A stretch of DNA of 64,000 nucleotides from Camelus dromedarius (taxonomy: Eukaryota), in the NCBI RefSeq assembly GCF_036321535.1, contig NC_087437.1:57166001-57230000 (forward strand), in the 5' to 3' direction. The translations under genes were made by a program, and so were the position numbers. A model generated the notes under the pieces. That model was given only the letters and a program-made list of their open reading frames with translations. It had not been told where the DNA came from and made no database searches. Shown here piece by piece: positions 24,861-37,951 of this stretch. The first letter of the stretch is position 1, and each line of letters opens with the position of its first letter.

Positions 24861-26964
24861 GAGTACCTCAGAGACACACCTTAATGGCTACATTTTAAAT
24901 TCTGTCACCCCCCGTTTAGATGTGCACAGCCCAATTTACCTGAATTAGGATCTTTTTCCTTTGCCTACAATCTGAGAAACATGCCTCTTCTTTCTAGTAA
25001 AAGAATGAAATGAACATTCTGTTCACGTGAAAATCACCCAAATATTCCAAATAGGGAGATGACTTTATCAGTTCAGATCTTGGATGACTGTACAACTCAG
25101 TAAGATTAGAGTATTTGCATAAAAGAATTGACACACATTCATATTGATGAGTTTATGATATAATTGTCAGTCATTTGAGTTAGTTTACATCTATCAAAAC
25201 AGGTTCTGTTACCTCCTTCCTGCAGTGTTTTCTTTGGTTTCTACTACATCAGACAAGTTCTTACCTTGTTTTTTTCCTACTGCTTTCTTCCTTCATATTT
25301 TTCTTCAAACCTGTTTTTGTGTGTGAAGTAAAATCTTCAAGCAAAATCATGAAATTAGAACAGAAATCTTTAGGAATTCCAAGAGATACTTTTAACCCAT
25401 AGTAGGACCAAGATTTGATTTAGATGAAAGTATACTAATAGAAATTTTAAATAGAACTCTCTTCTCATGAACAGACTTTTTGTTGTTTCTATATTACTTT
25501 AATTAGGAATTTCTTAATTTACTCTGCCTTCAGCAGAGTATCAGATTCCTTGAAGATACCAGTTTACTAATGTATATAAAACATATTTTGGGATCAAAGG
25601 ACTTGAAATCCAGTTGAATGAGGTGAACACGTAACTATAATGTGTGGAAAATAGTGATATATTTAAAAATTGTAGAATAGAATGTGTTAAAGAAGTTCAA
25701 AGGAAGATTTCCCCTTATTCTAAGAAAATCAAGGATGCATTCAGAAGTTGATGATTGAACTGCACCTTAAAAAAAAATCAGCTACATTTGGGATATGAGA
25801 AATGGAGGGTCGGTTAGGATGTGTAGAGCCTGCAATCCAGGGGAAAACTTACCAGATAGAAAATTATTTCCATTAATGAAAAAGATCTATATTCCCCTTT
25901 TTAATATTCTCACTGAGGCTAGATTAGCCAGTTAACAGAGCAGTTGCAGCTCTTAGATTTTGTAGTCTTAACACTGTATTCAAGTTCAGTCACCCTTGAG
26001 CAGTGCAGTATGTTTAATTGAAGATATGGTAATTCTGGGTTATTTTGCTGGAGACTTTTTAAAGGCAAAACCCTTTAAGACTAGTTGCATTATATCATAG
26101 AAAAAAAAAGATAGGGGTTTTATGAAACATATTGCCCCTTAGGCAGAGCTAAATTACTCTCTTATGGCACGGATGAGGGTGGTTATTTGAGCTTCCAGGA
26201 CTCTATTTCAGTACTAATTTTGAACTGAATGCTTCAGCTAATTCGATGTGCTATTTGAGCTTTGCTGGAAGGATGCATTTGCAAATGTGAACACAGAGAA
26301 TGCTCTTCATTTTATGGTTTTAAAAAAGTTTAGATTGATGGTGTCTTTTCAACACGTTATTTTGTCTGCCAAGTGTGGTTTTTAGGGTGGCTGTTAAAGT
26401 TTTGTCTGCATCATAAATGTGCTACTTCCTGGAATATTTCTTTGTTACTGCATCTTTGTAGGAAAGCCCTTGCCTTAGAGTTACTTTTGTGCATGTCTGT
26501 TTTCCTCTTTATACTTAAGGTTCCTATGGTACAGCTTTCATCTTTGTAGCTCAACAATGTCTAGGATGTAATAGGTATTCAACAATGCTTTCTTGTATCC
26601 CACCTTCCATTAATATATTGCACTAAAACATAAATAGCAATGGAATGACCCTTGAAAATATTTGTTATAAGAGATTAGGAGCTCGCAAAGTGTTTTTGAG
26701 GTTCTTCTAAGTGTTTCCTATGGTATGGACTCATATAAGTACAAGATCTATTTTTTTTTTAGAGTCTTCTATATCAGTATCAGTATCATGCAAACATGTG
26801 GCTCCACTCTCATAAATGACCCTTGTGAGATTTTCATTTTAATGGGGTCAGTTCTGTACAGCAGGCTGACATGGATATCACTGCTACAACCCTGGAGGGA
26901 GAATTCAGTGGACCTAAGTCCTTCCTAATGACCTACAGAACAACTAAGAAGAGTGTGTTATGAT

Positions 26965-27790
26965 TTTTCAGTCAACTTTATTTTAGTCTAATTTATGAAT
27001 CATAAATGCCCCCATTTTAAGTGCAGAGTTAGATAAGTTTTGATAAATATACTCCCTCATGTAACCACCACCCCAATCAACATGTTTTTATATCACCCAG
27101 AATATTTCTTTGGGCCCTTTGTAGGTAATCCCTCCTTCAGGCGGTTATTAGCCTTCTTTCTGCCACTAGGCGATAGTTTTGCTTGGTCAGAAGTCTCAGA
27201 TAAGTGGAATCAAACAGTATTCTTTTTGGTCTGGCTGCTTTGACCCAGTAAAAGTTTTGTGATTTTATCCTATTGTTACATGTATCCACTGTTTCTGAGA
27301 ATTATCCTATGGTACAACTATCTTAGGATATGTTCATGTGTTGATAGACATTTGGGTGATTTTCATTTTATTTTTCTTTAATAGATGTTCAAGATTTTGT
27401 GTAAGTTATAGGTTTTTATTTCTTTGGAGTAAATATCTAGTTACAGAATTGCTGGGTCATGTAGTAGATGCAAGTGTAAGTTTATAAGAAGCTGATAAAT
27501 TATTGTCCAAAGCAGGGCTATCATTTCACATTTCCATCAGGAATGAATGAGTTTTATTTGGCCCATCTTTTTTTCAGCAGCTGGTGTTTTCAGTCTTTAA
27601 TTTTGACCATTCTTACCATTCTTATGTATGTATAGTATTATCAAATTATGGATTTACTTTGCATGTCTCTGATGAATAAAGATGTTTTAAAATATATTGT
27701 CATGCACTTATTACCCATTTATATATCTCCTGCTGAGAAATGTGTGCTCAAATATTTTACTCATATTATACTGTCATTACTTAATTTTAA
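26965..27790 (-). mobile_element. L1ME-type 3' end
   Basis: cccattttaagtgcagag...catgtaaccaccaccccaatcaa...agaattgctgggtcatgtag...catttccatcag. Confidence 0.85.
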
Positions 27791-27799
27791 GATTTTTAA

Positions 27800-27970
27800 A
27801 ATTTTAATAAAGTATTTTATTTAACCCATTATACCTATCATTTCAATACACAGCCCATATTAAAATATTAATATTAATGGATATTGTGCATTATTTTTAA
27901 GTATGAACTTTTCAAAATCCAGGATGTATTTTACACTTAGAAAATATCCCAATTAGGACGCCAAACTTTC
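27800..27970 (+). mobile_element. MER33/Charlie-like fragment
   Basis: aattttaataaagtattttatttaaccca...aaaatccaggatgtattttacactta matches MER33 internal sequence. Confidence 0.7.
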
Positions 27971-27987
27971 ATCATTACTTCAAAACA

Positions 27988-29640
27988 TTTATTTTATTGT
28001 GAGAAGACTACTTAACATGAGATCTACTCTTAAATTTTTTAAGTGTGCAATACAGTATTGTTAACTAGAGATACAATGTTGTAGAGCAGATTATTCATCT
28101 TGCATAATTCAAGATTATTCATCTTGCATAACTGAAATTTTATACCCATGTTTTAGTATTGTGCTATTTCCCCCTCCTAGTAGGCCCTGAAAGCATGATT
28201 CCATTGTTTGATTCTATGAATTTGACTAGTTTAGGGGCCTCAGATAAGTGGAATCATGAAGTATGTGTCTTTCTGTGACTGGCTGATTTTATTTAGCCTA
28301 ATGTCCTCAAGGTTCATTCTTCTTGTTACATATTGCAATTTTTTTCTTTTTTAAGGGTGAATAATATATATATATATACATATATATATGTATATGTATA
28401 TATATATTTTTAATCTATTCAACAAACCAACATTTAGGTTGTTCCCATATCTTGGCTATTGTGAATGGTGCTGTAATGAGCATGGGGGTGCTGACATTTC
28501 AAGATCTTGATTTTAATTATTTTGGATAAATACCCAGAAGTGGGATTTTTGGATTGTATAATAGTTCTGTTTTTATTTTTTTGAGAAAGCTCATACTATT
28601 TTCCATAACATCTACATCATTCTGCATTTATACCAACAAGTATGCAAGGGTTCTAACATCTCTACATCCTTGTCAACACACACACACATACATTTTATAA
28701 TAGGCATCCTAAATAGGTGTAAGGTGATATTTCATTGTGGTTTTGATTTGCATTTCCCTTCTGATTCATGACATTGAGCAGTTTTTCATATATCTGTTGG
28801 CCATTTGTGTGGTTGTTTGGAGATACTTATTCAAGTCCTTTAGCCCATTTTAAAACTGAGTTACTAGGTTTTTTTGCTGTTGAATTGTGGAAGTTCCTTA
28901 TATAATTTGTGCATTAACTTCTTATCAGATGTATGGTTTTAAACATTTTATCCCATTCTATAAGCTGCCTTTTCACTCTATTTATTATTTCTTTCGCTAT
29001 GCAGAAACTGTTTAGTTTGATGTAGTCCCATCTGTTTATTTTTGTTTTTATTGCCTATATTTTGGTGTCATATCCATGAAATCATTGCCAGGACCAACAT
29101 CATGGAGATTTTCTTTATCTGTCCTTCTAGGAATTTTATGATTTCAGATCTCCCATTTAAGACTGTAATTAGTTTTGAGTTTATTTTTGTTTATAATGTA
29201 AGATAAAGTTCCAGTTTCATTCTTTTGCATGTGAGTATCAAACTTTCCCAACACTGTGTTGAAGATACTATCTTTCCCCGTTGTGTATTCTTGGCACCTT
29301 TGCCAGCGATCGGGTAGCTGTATACATGGGGATCTTTTCTGGGTTCTCGAGTCTGTTCTGTTGATTGATATGTCTGTTTTTGTGGCAGGACCGTATGTAT
29401 ATTGCTATAGCTTTGAGTATATTTTGAGATAAGGAAGAGTACTACATCCATCTTTGTTCATCTTAAGATTGATTTAGCTATTTGTGGTCTTTTTGGTTCC
29501 ACATGACTTGTAGAATTGTTTATTTTCTACTTCTATAAAAAATGGTTTTGGGATTTTGATAGGCATTTCATTGAATCTGTAGATTTCTTTGGGTAATATG
29601 GACATTCAATGTATAGGTCTTGCACATACTTTGCTAAATA
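27988..29640 (-). mobile_element. L1MA9/10-type LINE-1 3' end and ORF2 part
   Basis: acttaacatgagatctactct...aagtgtgcaatacagtattgttaacta diagnostic end, then continuous antisense ORF2 (ORF 29191-29451 has L1-like residues). A 24-bp tandem duplication lies at 28088/28112. Confidence 0.9.
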
Positions 29641-29711
29641 TAAGTATATATTTTTAATTTCTAAGCTTTTTACTTAAAAATAATTTTAGACTCATAAAAA
29701 TTGCAAGATAG

Positions 29712-29831
29712 GGAAGGGTATAGCCCAGGGGTAGAGTGTGTGCCTTGCATGTGCAAGGTCCTGGGTTCAATCCCCAGTATCTCCATTAAAAAAATAAATA
29801 AGTAAACCCTAATTATCTCCTCCCCCAAAAT
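29712..29831 (+). mobile_element. Vic-1-type camelid tRNA-derived SINE
   Basis: ggaagggtatagcccaggggtagagtg (A box)...cctgggttcaatcccc (B box)...A-rich linker...ctaattatctcctccccc. Perfect 13-bp TSD aattgcaagatag at 29699-29711 and 29832-29844. Confidence 0.92.
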
Positions 29832-29894
29832 AATTGCAAGATAGTACTAAATAATTTACTTACACCCCTCAGACAGCTTCCTTCAGTATTTCCT

Positions 29895-30630
29895 CTTAAG
29901 GGTAGTATACTGGCAAGGAGACAACTTCACAGAGAAAGAACTCTGAAGATCTGCATAGTACCCCCCATGAATACTGAGTGAATTCCCAATCAGCACATGT
30001 GCTTGAAGAAATTATTCGAGGATGAGAAAAGAACTACCTCAAAACATTAAAAAGAACAATCACTGAGGATGGTTAAGGACTAGGAATAGTGACTTTTCTT
30101 ACTAGTCAGAGCATAAATGCTTATTATTCATGGGGATAAAATAAAGAAACCAGAAGAATGTTGCCTCAGAAAAGGAATAATTAAATCTAAACTAAGTGAT
30201 GCAATCTAACAACATAAAAGCAAGACCTTAAAAGATCAAACATCTTCCAAAAATCTTAAGAATGGCTCAGAACAAAACTCATGAATATTTATAGGACTAT
30301 GAAGCTATCTAGTGTTAAATAATGCACAGTTTACAGTATTTGGAATTCAATTAATAAAATTACCAGGCGTGAAAAGAAGCAGGAAAATGCTACCTATAAT
30401 AAGGAGAAAAACCAATCAAAACCAACCTCAAACTGATGTAAGTAATAGAATTAGGATTCAAAGACTTTAAAGAGAAATTATAATTGTATTTCACATGTTC
30501 AAGAAGCAGGAGAAAAGACTGATATGTTCAGTAGAGACAAGGGAAGATATAAAAAATAAATCTAAGTTGAACTTCTAGAGATAACTGCAATGTCCAAGAT
30601 TGAAAATACACTGAGAGAGTTAATGGTATG
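29895..30630 (+). mobile_element. Old L1M 5' UTR/ORF1 fragment
   Basis: gaactctgaagatctgca...aaaattaccaggcgtgaaaagaagcaggaaaatg...gaacttctagagat are L1 5' region motifs. Confidence 0.75.
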
Positions 30631-30718
30631 TGCTGTAAAGGGTTGAAATAGCTTGGTTGGATATAAAAACCTTGGCTTACATATTTTTCCATCGATATAT
30701 TTTTTAAATGCTGCTCCA

Positions 30719-32030
30719 GAACTTCTGCTTCTGGGAAAATGGAGCAGACATAGTTTTCCTTAATCATCCTGCTAAGTACAAATGAAAACCTTGAACATTA
30801 TATGTAAAATAAACATATGAAGACTCAAGGATGAAAAGAAGGTGGAGTGGCTAGGGATCTTGCAGTCCTAGGAGTGACTTGATGTTGAATTCCTTGGTGT
30901 TTGTTTTGTTTTGTTTTGTTTGTTTGTTTTGCCTCATATATCCTAGGAATCAGCAGCTCAAAACTGCCAATGCTTTCTGACAGAAAGAACCCCACCCACC
31001 CACCCCAAGACTGCTCTCTCTAGCAAGGTACCAATAAAGGGGCAACCTATCAAGACAGAATACTTCTAGACAATAACCACTGTCCTCTAGCTAAACATCA
31101 TAGGGAAAAAAGTGGCCTCATCCCAACTCAACCTGCAAATGCCAAGTGAGGAGCCTAGACTTCTGCCCTCACAGGGCTGATGGGATAGTGACAGAGGAGA
31201 CTAGCTGGAACCCAGGACTTTTATCCTGCCTATGTGAAGAGGCCACCCACCCCTGGTGGCAGTATAGACCACAAGGAGAACTGGAAATTCCACTTAGCTT
31301 TCCAATAGTGAAGCTCCTCACCATCCCTCCACTGCAGAGATGTAGGTGGAGGTTTGGTGGACAAACAGAGGGCCACTGTCTATTCTGAAGCATTGGTGGA
31401 GGCCACAGAGGAAACAGTGGTGAGACACTCCTACATTTCCCAGCCAGACCAGTGAGTAGTCTAAAGTTGCACCTGCGCCTAGCAGTAATGAGGAGCCCGC
31501 TCCCTGGTGGTTGTCAAAAGAGGCTGAGTAGGGAACCTGGATTTCTGCTACCACCTGGCAGTGGCAAGGCAGTGGTGCCTTCCTTTCCCCTCTGGATAGC
31601 AGTGTCAGAAGAGACCTGCTAAAATAGAAAATTTAAATAAAGGCCAGGATCTCATAATGTAACACCCAAACTATTCAGATTTCAACTGAAAATCACTCAT
31701 TATACTGGAAAACTAATAGATCTCACCCTGAATGAAAAAAAGACAATCAATAGATGCCAACACTAGGATGTCAGAAATGAGAATTACTGGACAGAAATTT
31801 AGAAATAGTCATCATAAAAATGCTTCAATGAGAAATTTTAAAATGTATGAAACAAATAAAAAAATGGAAAGTCCCAATAAAGAAATACAAAGCCTCAACA
31901 GTGAAATAGGAAACATAGAGAAGAACCAAATGCTATTTAAAAAAAAAAAAAAACCACTTAGGATCTTTCTCTATTAATGCTTACAACTGCAAGAAAATTT
32001 ACAAAAATAAAACTTCTCATTAAAAAAAGA
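30719..32030 (+). mobile_element. L1MC-type element with 5' end and 3' terminus but a large internal deletion
   Basis: Starts gaacttctgcttctgggaaaatggagcagac (L1MC 5' end), has ORF1-start sequence at about 31730-31935, and a 3' terminus ggatctttctctatt...cttacaactgca...ttaaaaaaag at about 31960-32030. Confidence 0.8.
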
Positions 32031-32094
32031 AATTGAATGGTATCCCCTCCAAAATTTAATTTTTAGGATGATACTTTAATTAAAAAGTGCAAAA

Positions 32095-32566
32095 AAGCTA
32101 AATATTGACCATCCCAAGAGAGAATGTGGTGCAACTATTTTGGAAAACAGTTGGGCAGTTTCTTGAAAAGTTAAGCATACATCTATCATATATTCTAGCC
32201 ATTTCCCTTCTAGTTATTTACCAAAGAGAAGTAAAGCATATGTCCGTGCAAAGAGTTGTACAGGAATGTTCAGGGTAGCTTCATTTGAAATGGTCAATAA
32301 AGGGAAACAACTAAAGAAGCCATCAAAAGATGACTGATGAACAAATTGTGGTATATCTATACACTGGATATTTGATACAGGAATCAGTGGGTAAATTTCA
32401 AAATAATTACAATTAATAAATGAAGCCAGGCAGAAAAGCATACATACTATAGGATTCTATTTATATAGAATACAAATACAGTGACAGAGAACTGGTTAGC
32501 GGTTGCTTGCTGGTGATAGAAAGGCATGGGAAACAGTTAGACCTCAATAAAGCTGTTAATTTTTTA
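32095..32566 (+). mobile_element. L1ME/MB-type 3' end
   Basis: ttttggaaaacagttgggcagtttctt...acaaattgtggtatatc...cctcaataaagctgtt terminus. Confidence 0.85.
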
Positions 32567-33464
32567 AAATTCTGCTCCATTGTTGCCTTGCTCTATATAT
32601 TAGTTTTGAAAATTCTGATGCTAATCTTCTTTTGCCTTTTTAAATTATTCTCCTGGAAGCTTGTAGATTTTACCTTTGTCTTTTTATTAGGATGTGTTTC
32701 AGAGATAATTATTCTGGGTTAATTTTGCCAGGTACTTTGTGAGCCTTTTCATTGTGCAGATTCAGGTCTTTTTCTATTTCTGGGTTGGGATCAGCGTTTT
32801 AAAGATTAGCTCTGGTCCATTGTTTCATTTTTCTTCACCATAGATTTCAATCAGATGAAAATTATTCCTTTTCCCTGTCTTCCATTTTCATTATTTTTCT
32901 GATTACTTAAATTTTTTATTTATGTTATTTTTATTTTCTTCTTTTAAATTATATTTTCATCTGAGCTTATTTTCATTTTTCCTGAGGTTTAATCTCTTTC
33001 TTTGTCTTAGACCCATGTGCCAGCATTGAAACCCTCTTTGCTGCACTATGTTCTGGTAAATGCTTTCAGGCAGAAACCCAGAGCAATTATGAGACTAAAT
33101 TATTTACTTTTCTTCTCTTATGGTTGCATAGTTCTGTGCTTCCTCTTCTGCAACATGTGAAGGATTTTTTTTTTTTGTCTAGTTTTTAAGTTGTTTTTGG
33201 TAGAAGTGCAATGAAAATGTTTTTACAAGACAATAAAAATAGACTTGTTGATAATTTCCCGAAATGTGGCTTATTAAATCTTCTCTAATTTATTTCCAAT
33301 GACTTTAGTACTTTTGATTTTGCTTCTTGTTTTTGCTAATTGAGGATTCATCCTCAGTATATTTATTATTTATAAATGCTATGTGTTCTAACATTCTAAT
33401 GCACTGCCTTCATTGTAGAGTATACATTCAACTGAAAACATAAAAAAATGTGATAAAAATATAA

Positions 33465-34640
33465 AGTCCTTCTGGTTTCTGCTTAAGTTGTAGAGAGCTG
33501 GGAAAAGGATAACTTTCAGCATTGAAAGAATAAAAAATCAGGGAAATCAACCAAATAACAACTTTCCTTGTACTTATCAGAAAGTTGAGATTGCAGAGTA
33601 ATCAACTAACCTAAAATCTAAGGAAAGAATGGATCCTCAAAGGAGAGATGTGTCAAAGATAACATTGAACTGGGCAAAGTTAAACAATCAAGAAAGACTT
33701 TAACCAAGGCTAATGCAATAGGAGAGAGAGGCCAGAACTTAACTCCATAGAAACAAAGGGCAGGAGAGTTTTTAAGTGCTGGGGTGAATGTATCTAAAGG
33801 AAGAATAAACTTCACCTACTTTATGACAAGAAGAAGTTTTGTAACTTGGAGTAAAACGTCCACTGAAGATATGCTTGATCCCGCAGAGACTAGCGGGTAG
33901 GGGCACCATCTTTCTCGATTAATACATTTAAAAAGATCCACTCCAGTTTCCTTGATAAAGATATTCCTAAGTTGTAAAACTGGCAAAAGTCTTTTTAAAA
34001 GATTTACATCCCAAAGGGGCAGAAACTGTTTATAGTTAACAAGTTTTCTAAAGTAAATGCTTTAAGAAATGGGAGATCAGGGATCTAGAGTCAGCAGGAA
34101 GCCTATCTAAAGTTTAGTCACACCAGTCAGATCGGATGCAAGCAGTTGTTTACCTGGGGCAGACATAGAGTGTTGGAAAAGCTAGGAAGAATTCAGATGA
34201 AGTTTTCTGTAAGTTGATGAAAGCTGAGTAGAGTGTGTTTAGAATGAGACTATAGAACCACTGGGAACAACAGATACAATGGGAATTATTGCTCTTTTTC
34301 AGGCTTTTCTCGACAGATCTCAAGAAGTGCTCATGAGAAAGACTGAGGACAGGGCATGAGACCACAGAAAGCCTCCCTGTGGTCCAGGCTTGAGGCAGAG
34401 AAGCCAAAGTGCTATGCACAAGGCAGGAAACTGCCAGAATTCTCTGTTCTTTCTTCCCAATGTAACAAAAGCCTTAAGCCATTGGGAAAAGCAGCAAATC
34501 TTGGTCCTCTTGGTCTCAGAAGACCCAATGTAGCTATAGGAAGAGATCAGGAAAATAACCTTCTATTTCTGGGGAAGGGGCAAGCTACCTGTACCACTGG
34601 AGATGCCCTCCTGCCCAGAAAGGGGTACGGTCACTCTGAG
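33465..34640 (+). mobile_element. Old L1M 5' UTR interrupted by an ERV1 LTR
   Basis: cttctggtttctgc...gtagagagctgg...ctaaaatctaaggaaaga resumes after 34122 as tttacctggggcaga. Confidence 0.65.
33651..34122 (-). mobile_element. ERV1 solo LTR (MER67/MER31-like)
   Basis: Minus strand reads tgactaaactttagataggcttcctgctgactctag...agcatttactttagaaaacttg...ttatctttgaCA. Confidence 0.8.
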
Positions 34641-35245
34641 AGTCATTAATTCAAACTCTTTATCATCTCTTCTGATTGAATATGTCATATTTTAAGGATT
34701 TATTTATATGTGGACTTTCATTTCCTTCCCCAAAATGGCCTAGTGTATGCAAAGAATCTGATACACATGGAAAACAATGCATCTTACTGAGAAGTATACT
34801 TGGGGGAAAACAAAGACTGGCAAATGTTGTGGACATGAAAAATTTGCATGTTCCCTTTGTCTTCCTGTCCCTACTTCTGAATCAGGGACGTGAGAAACAA
34901 TGACATAGAATCCTATTAAGCCACTTTTGAATTTTTTAGTCCATGAAGCCACCCCCACAGCATGGCCCCAGGATCATCATTGTACTGTTGGTAATGATTG
35001 ATATTGTTCAGCAGATGTTATTGTCCCATCATATAGCTTTGGTTTAATTTATTCTTGTACAATTGCATTGTTCTTTATATTTCTATGCTGCATATTATTA
35101 CAAGATAAAAAGGGGCTTTGTTATTATGAGTGTATCATAGGAATCCAGCAAGAATCTTTTAATCATTTGGTTTAGAGATTTTCAAAAATAAGTTGTGACC
35201 CTGCTGCCTGGTAATTTAAGATGCCATTGTCAGCACTTTAGGAGA

Positions 35246-35460
35246 ATAATAATAATAGTAATAATAATAATAGTAATAACTGAAATAGCTAACATGTTAA
35301 TCCTCACCACATTCATATTAGCTACAATGATGCTCTTCATTTTACAAATGAGATTTCTCAGACAAAGTTTGAATAGCTTGTTCAAGATCACACAGTAAAT
35401 AAGATGCTGGAATTGTTGGAATGCACATCCGGACTGACTTAAAAAAATCCATGATCTCAG
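35246..35460 (-). mobile_element. MIR SINE with (AAT)n tail
   Basis: (aat)n...atagctaaca...cattttacaaatgag...cttgttcaagatcacacag. Confidence 0.75.
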
Positions 35461-35539
35461 GTCCTTTTTTTTTGACACAGTATTATTGGTCATATGAATA
35501 AAGAAGAATAATAAAAAGTATTTTTGATTTGCCATTATA

Positions 35540-35710
35540 TTTCAGAATACCCTAGAGTTTATTGTTAAAAGGTACAGATTTCTAGGTCTCATACTTATCC
35601 TCCTCTCGACTACCTAAACCAGAGTTTCTCAGGGTGTATGTCTACAATATGCGTTTTTAACAAGCAACCCTAGATAGTTCTTACGCACGATAAATTTGAG
35701 AGCCTCACTA
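35540..35710. mobile_element. MER5-like hAT-Charlie MITE
   Basis: ttgttaaaaggtacagatttctagg...tgcgtttttaacaagcaccct-like core...aatttgagagcc. Confidence 0.65.
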
Positions 35711-36249
35711 TGATGATTCCAGCTAATTCTCCAACACTTCACTAATAAACTTGTTGAACAGTAGATTTGGGGTAGATTCTGAGGTGTTATGCTGGTTCTT
35801 TTGAGTATGGCAGCCAAATTTTGGAGCAGCATTTTTTGTCCCCATCTCCATGCTAAAATCAATTAAGTAGCTATTACAGGGAACTGCCCCAGCTGATTGT
35901 TCCAAGTTCAGCCACCTCTCATCAGTGTTGTAGCATCTGCCACCCTTGTCTGGCCTTCAGTCATCTCACCTATCAGGAAAGTTTTCTGCAGCAGGAAATC
36001 TTTAAGCAAATGTAAAACCAAAGTCTTGTGCAGCCCAAGGGCAAACAAGGAAGAAGATGGATGAAGAAAGAAGTCAGAAATAGGGAATTACTTTCATTTG
36101 CTAGAGACAAGTTTGATAGTTAAAAAGAGAAATGAAATATAATGCATGTATTTACCTACTGATGACAGTGGTGGTCAGCGTTTGGAGTATCTGTTATATA
36201 ATTTGCTCTCTGCTGGATGATGTAGACACAAAAGATGCCAAATAAGAAC

Positions 36250-36480
36250 CTGCACTAATAATTTTAATAATTCATATTTGAATAGTACTTCATACTTTTA
36301 TAAACATTTTGGCCTAGGTCACTTAATTTGAATCTCAAAAAGCTCTTGGTAGGTAAGCAAACAGTTTTTCATCTCCATTTTAGCATAGTTGGTACTCACT
36401 GAATAAACTTTAATGCATTCAGAAATAACACGGTTAGAAATTAAAGATTCTTACCCATGGTCACACAGCCTTTAAATCAT
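36250..36480 (-). mobile_element. MIR SINE fragment
   Basis: ttaatttgaatctca...catctccatttta...cttacccatggtcacacagc. Confidence 0.6.
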
Positions 36481-36784
36481 ACAAGCATTATATTCTTATA
36501 TTAATATTTTATACTTTTCAAAATTGTCTACAGTTCTTCCAAATACTATGCCATTAGACTTTTTCCTGACAATCCTATTTATCTCTGTATCTTAGCTCTA
36601 ACATGGTGCCAATTAGTGAAAGAATACAGCATATTATTCTTACGCTTAGAAGTTTCCTATGTTTTATTGGAGGCATGTCTCCATAAAATAATACATCAGA
36701 ATATAGGGCAATGTACAAGAAAGCTATACAAGTAAATTAATTAATAATTCAAATATATTAAAATTAAAAAGGCAATTGAATAGT

Positions 36785-37367
36785 TGCAGTAGGCAAAATT
36801 CCTAAAATGAACCCCTGAGTATGTCCCTCTATAATCCCCAAAACCTGTGAATATGGTGAGATATCACTCCCGTGATTATGTTATGTTATGTGACCATAAG
36901 ATAGGGGGATTAGCCAGCTGGCTGATTTAATCACATGAGGTATTAAAAGTAGAGAACTTTCTCCAGCTGATGACATAAGGGAAAGTGTGAGAGGTTGGAA
37001 GCATGAGAAGGATTTGATGTACCACTGCGGGCTTGAAGAGGGCCACATGAGAAGAAACGCAGGCAGTCTCAGTTGCTGAGAGAGGCCCCAAGTTGATAGC
37101 CAGCACGGAAATGCAGATCTCAGCCTATAGCTGAAAGAAGTAAATCTGCTGAGAAACTGAAATGAGCCTGGAAACAGATGATCTCTCAGAGTTTCCAGGT
37201 AAGGTTCCTGGCTGGTCAGCACCTTGATTCTGGCCATGTGAGATCCTCACCGTAGAATCCAGTGGAACCTGCCCATACTTCTGTCCTCTAAAACTGTGAC
37301 CTAATAAATGCGTGTTGTTTTAAGCTATCATATTTGCAGTAAGTTTCAGGAATAGAGAACTATGATA
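36785..37367 (+). mobile_element. MaLR LTR (MLT1E-like)
   Basis: tgcagtaggcaaaattcctaaaatg...cactcccgtgattatgtta...aataaatgcgtgttgttttaagc. Confidence 0.9.
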
Positions 37368-37436
37368 GCAGTGGCTAGAGTTTTCAATAAATGCTTCATA
37401 GAACATGTTTTTTCTGAGAATGAACCAAATGTTCAT

Positions 37437-37951
37437 TGTAATAGTTCCCTATTCCTCCTGTAACGAAGGACCACAAATGTAATAGCTTAAAACAATACAA
37501 ATTTATTATCTTAACAGTTCTGAGGTCAGAAGTCAAAAATGGGTCTCACCGAGCTAAAACCAGACAGAGCCATTTCCTTTCTGAAAGCTCTAGGAGAGAA
37601 TTCACTTCTTTATCTTTCACTTCTTTACCTTTTTCAGTCTAGAGGCCGCTACATTCTTTGCCCTGTGGATCTTCCTCTATCTCCAGAGCCAGCTGTGGCC
37701 TCTCAAGTCTTTCTCACATTGTATCATTCTGACCCTGACATTTCTGCCTCCCTCTCCCATTTTTAAAAGCCCATGTGATCACACTGGGCTCATGTAGATA
37801 ATACAGAATGAAGTTTCCATCTCAAATCAGCTAATTAACAAACAATTCCATATGCTAATTTAATTATTCTTTGCCATGTGACCTAACATATTCATAAGCT
37901 GTAGGGACTAGAATGTGGCTATCTTTAGGAGGCTGTTATTCTACCTACCAA
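37437..37951 (-). mobile_element. MaLR LTR (MLT1C/D-like)
   Basis: tgtaatagttccctatt...gcttaaaacaatacaaatttattatctt...cagttctgaggtcagaagtc...tattctacctacca. Confidence 0.9.

Larger units (their letters stand above)
30640..32990 (-). mobile_element. HAL1/L1ME-like host element split by the 30719-32566 insertion
   Basis: atagcttggttggatataaaaaccttggc...ctgctcca continues after the insertion as ttgttgccttg...aaattctgatgctaatc. Confidence 0.6.

Noticed and set aside
20080..28135. Short direct repeats (34 bp at 20080/20114; 24 bp at 28088/28112) as array or CRISPR-like units
   Set aside because: Each has only two copies and no spacers, and lies inside an L2 or L1 fossil. They are ordinary slippage duplications in eukaryotic DNA.
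29712..29785. tRNA gene
   Set aside because: A and B boxes are present, but the SINE tail, TSD and divergence identify a tRNA-derived SINE.
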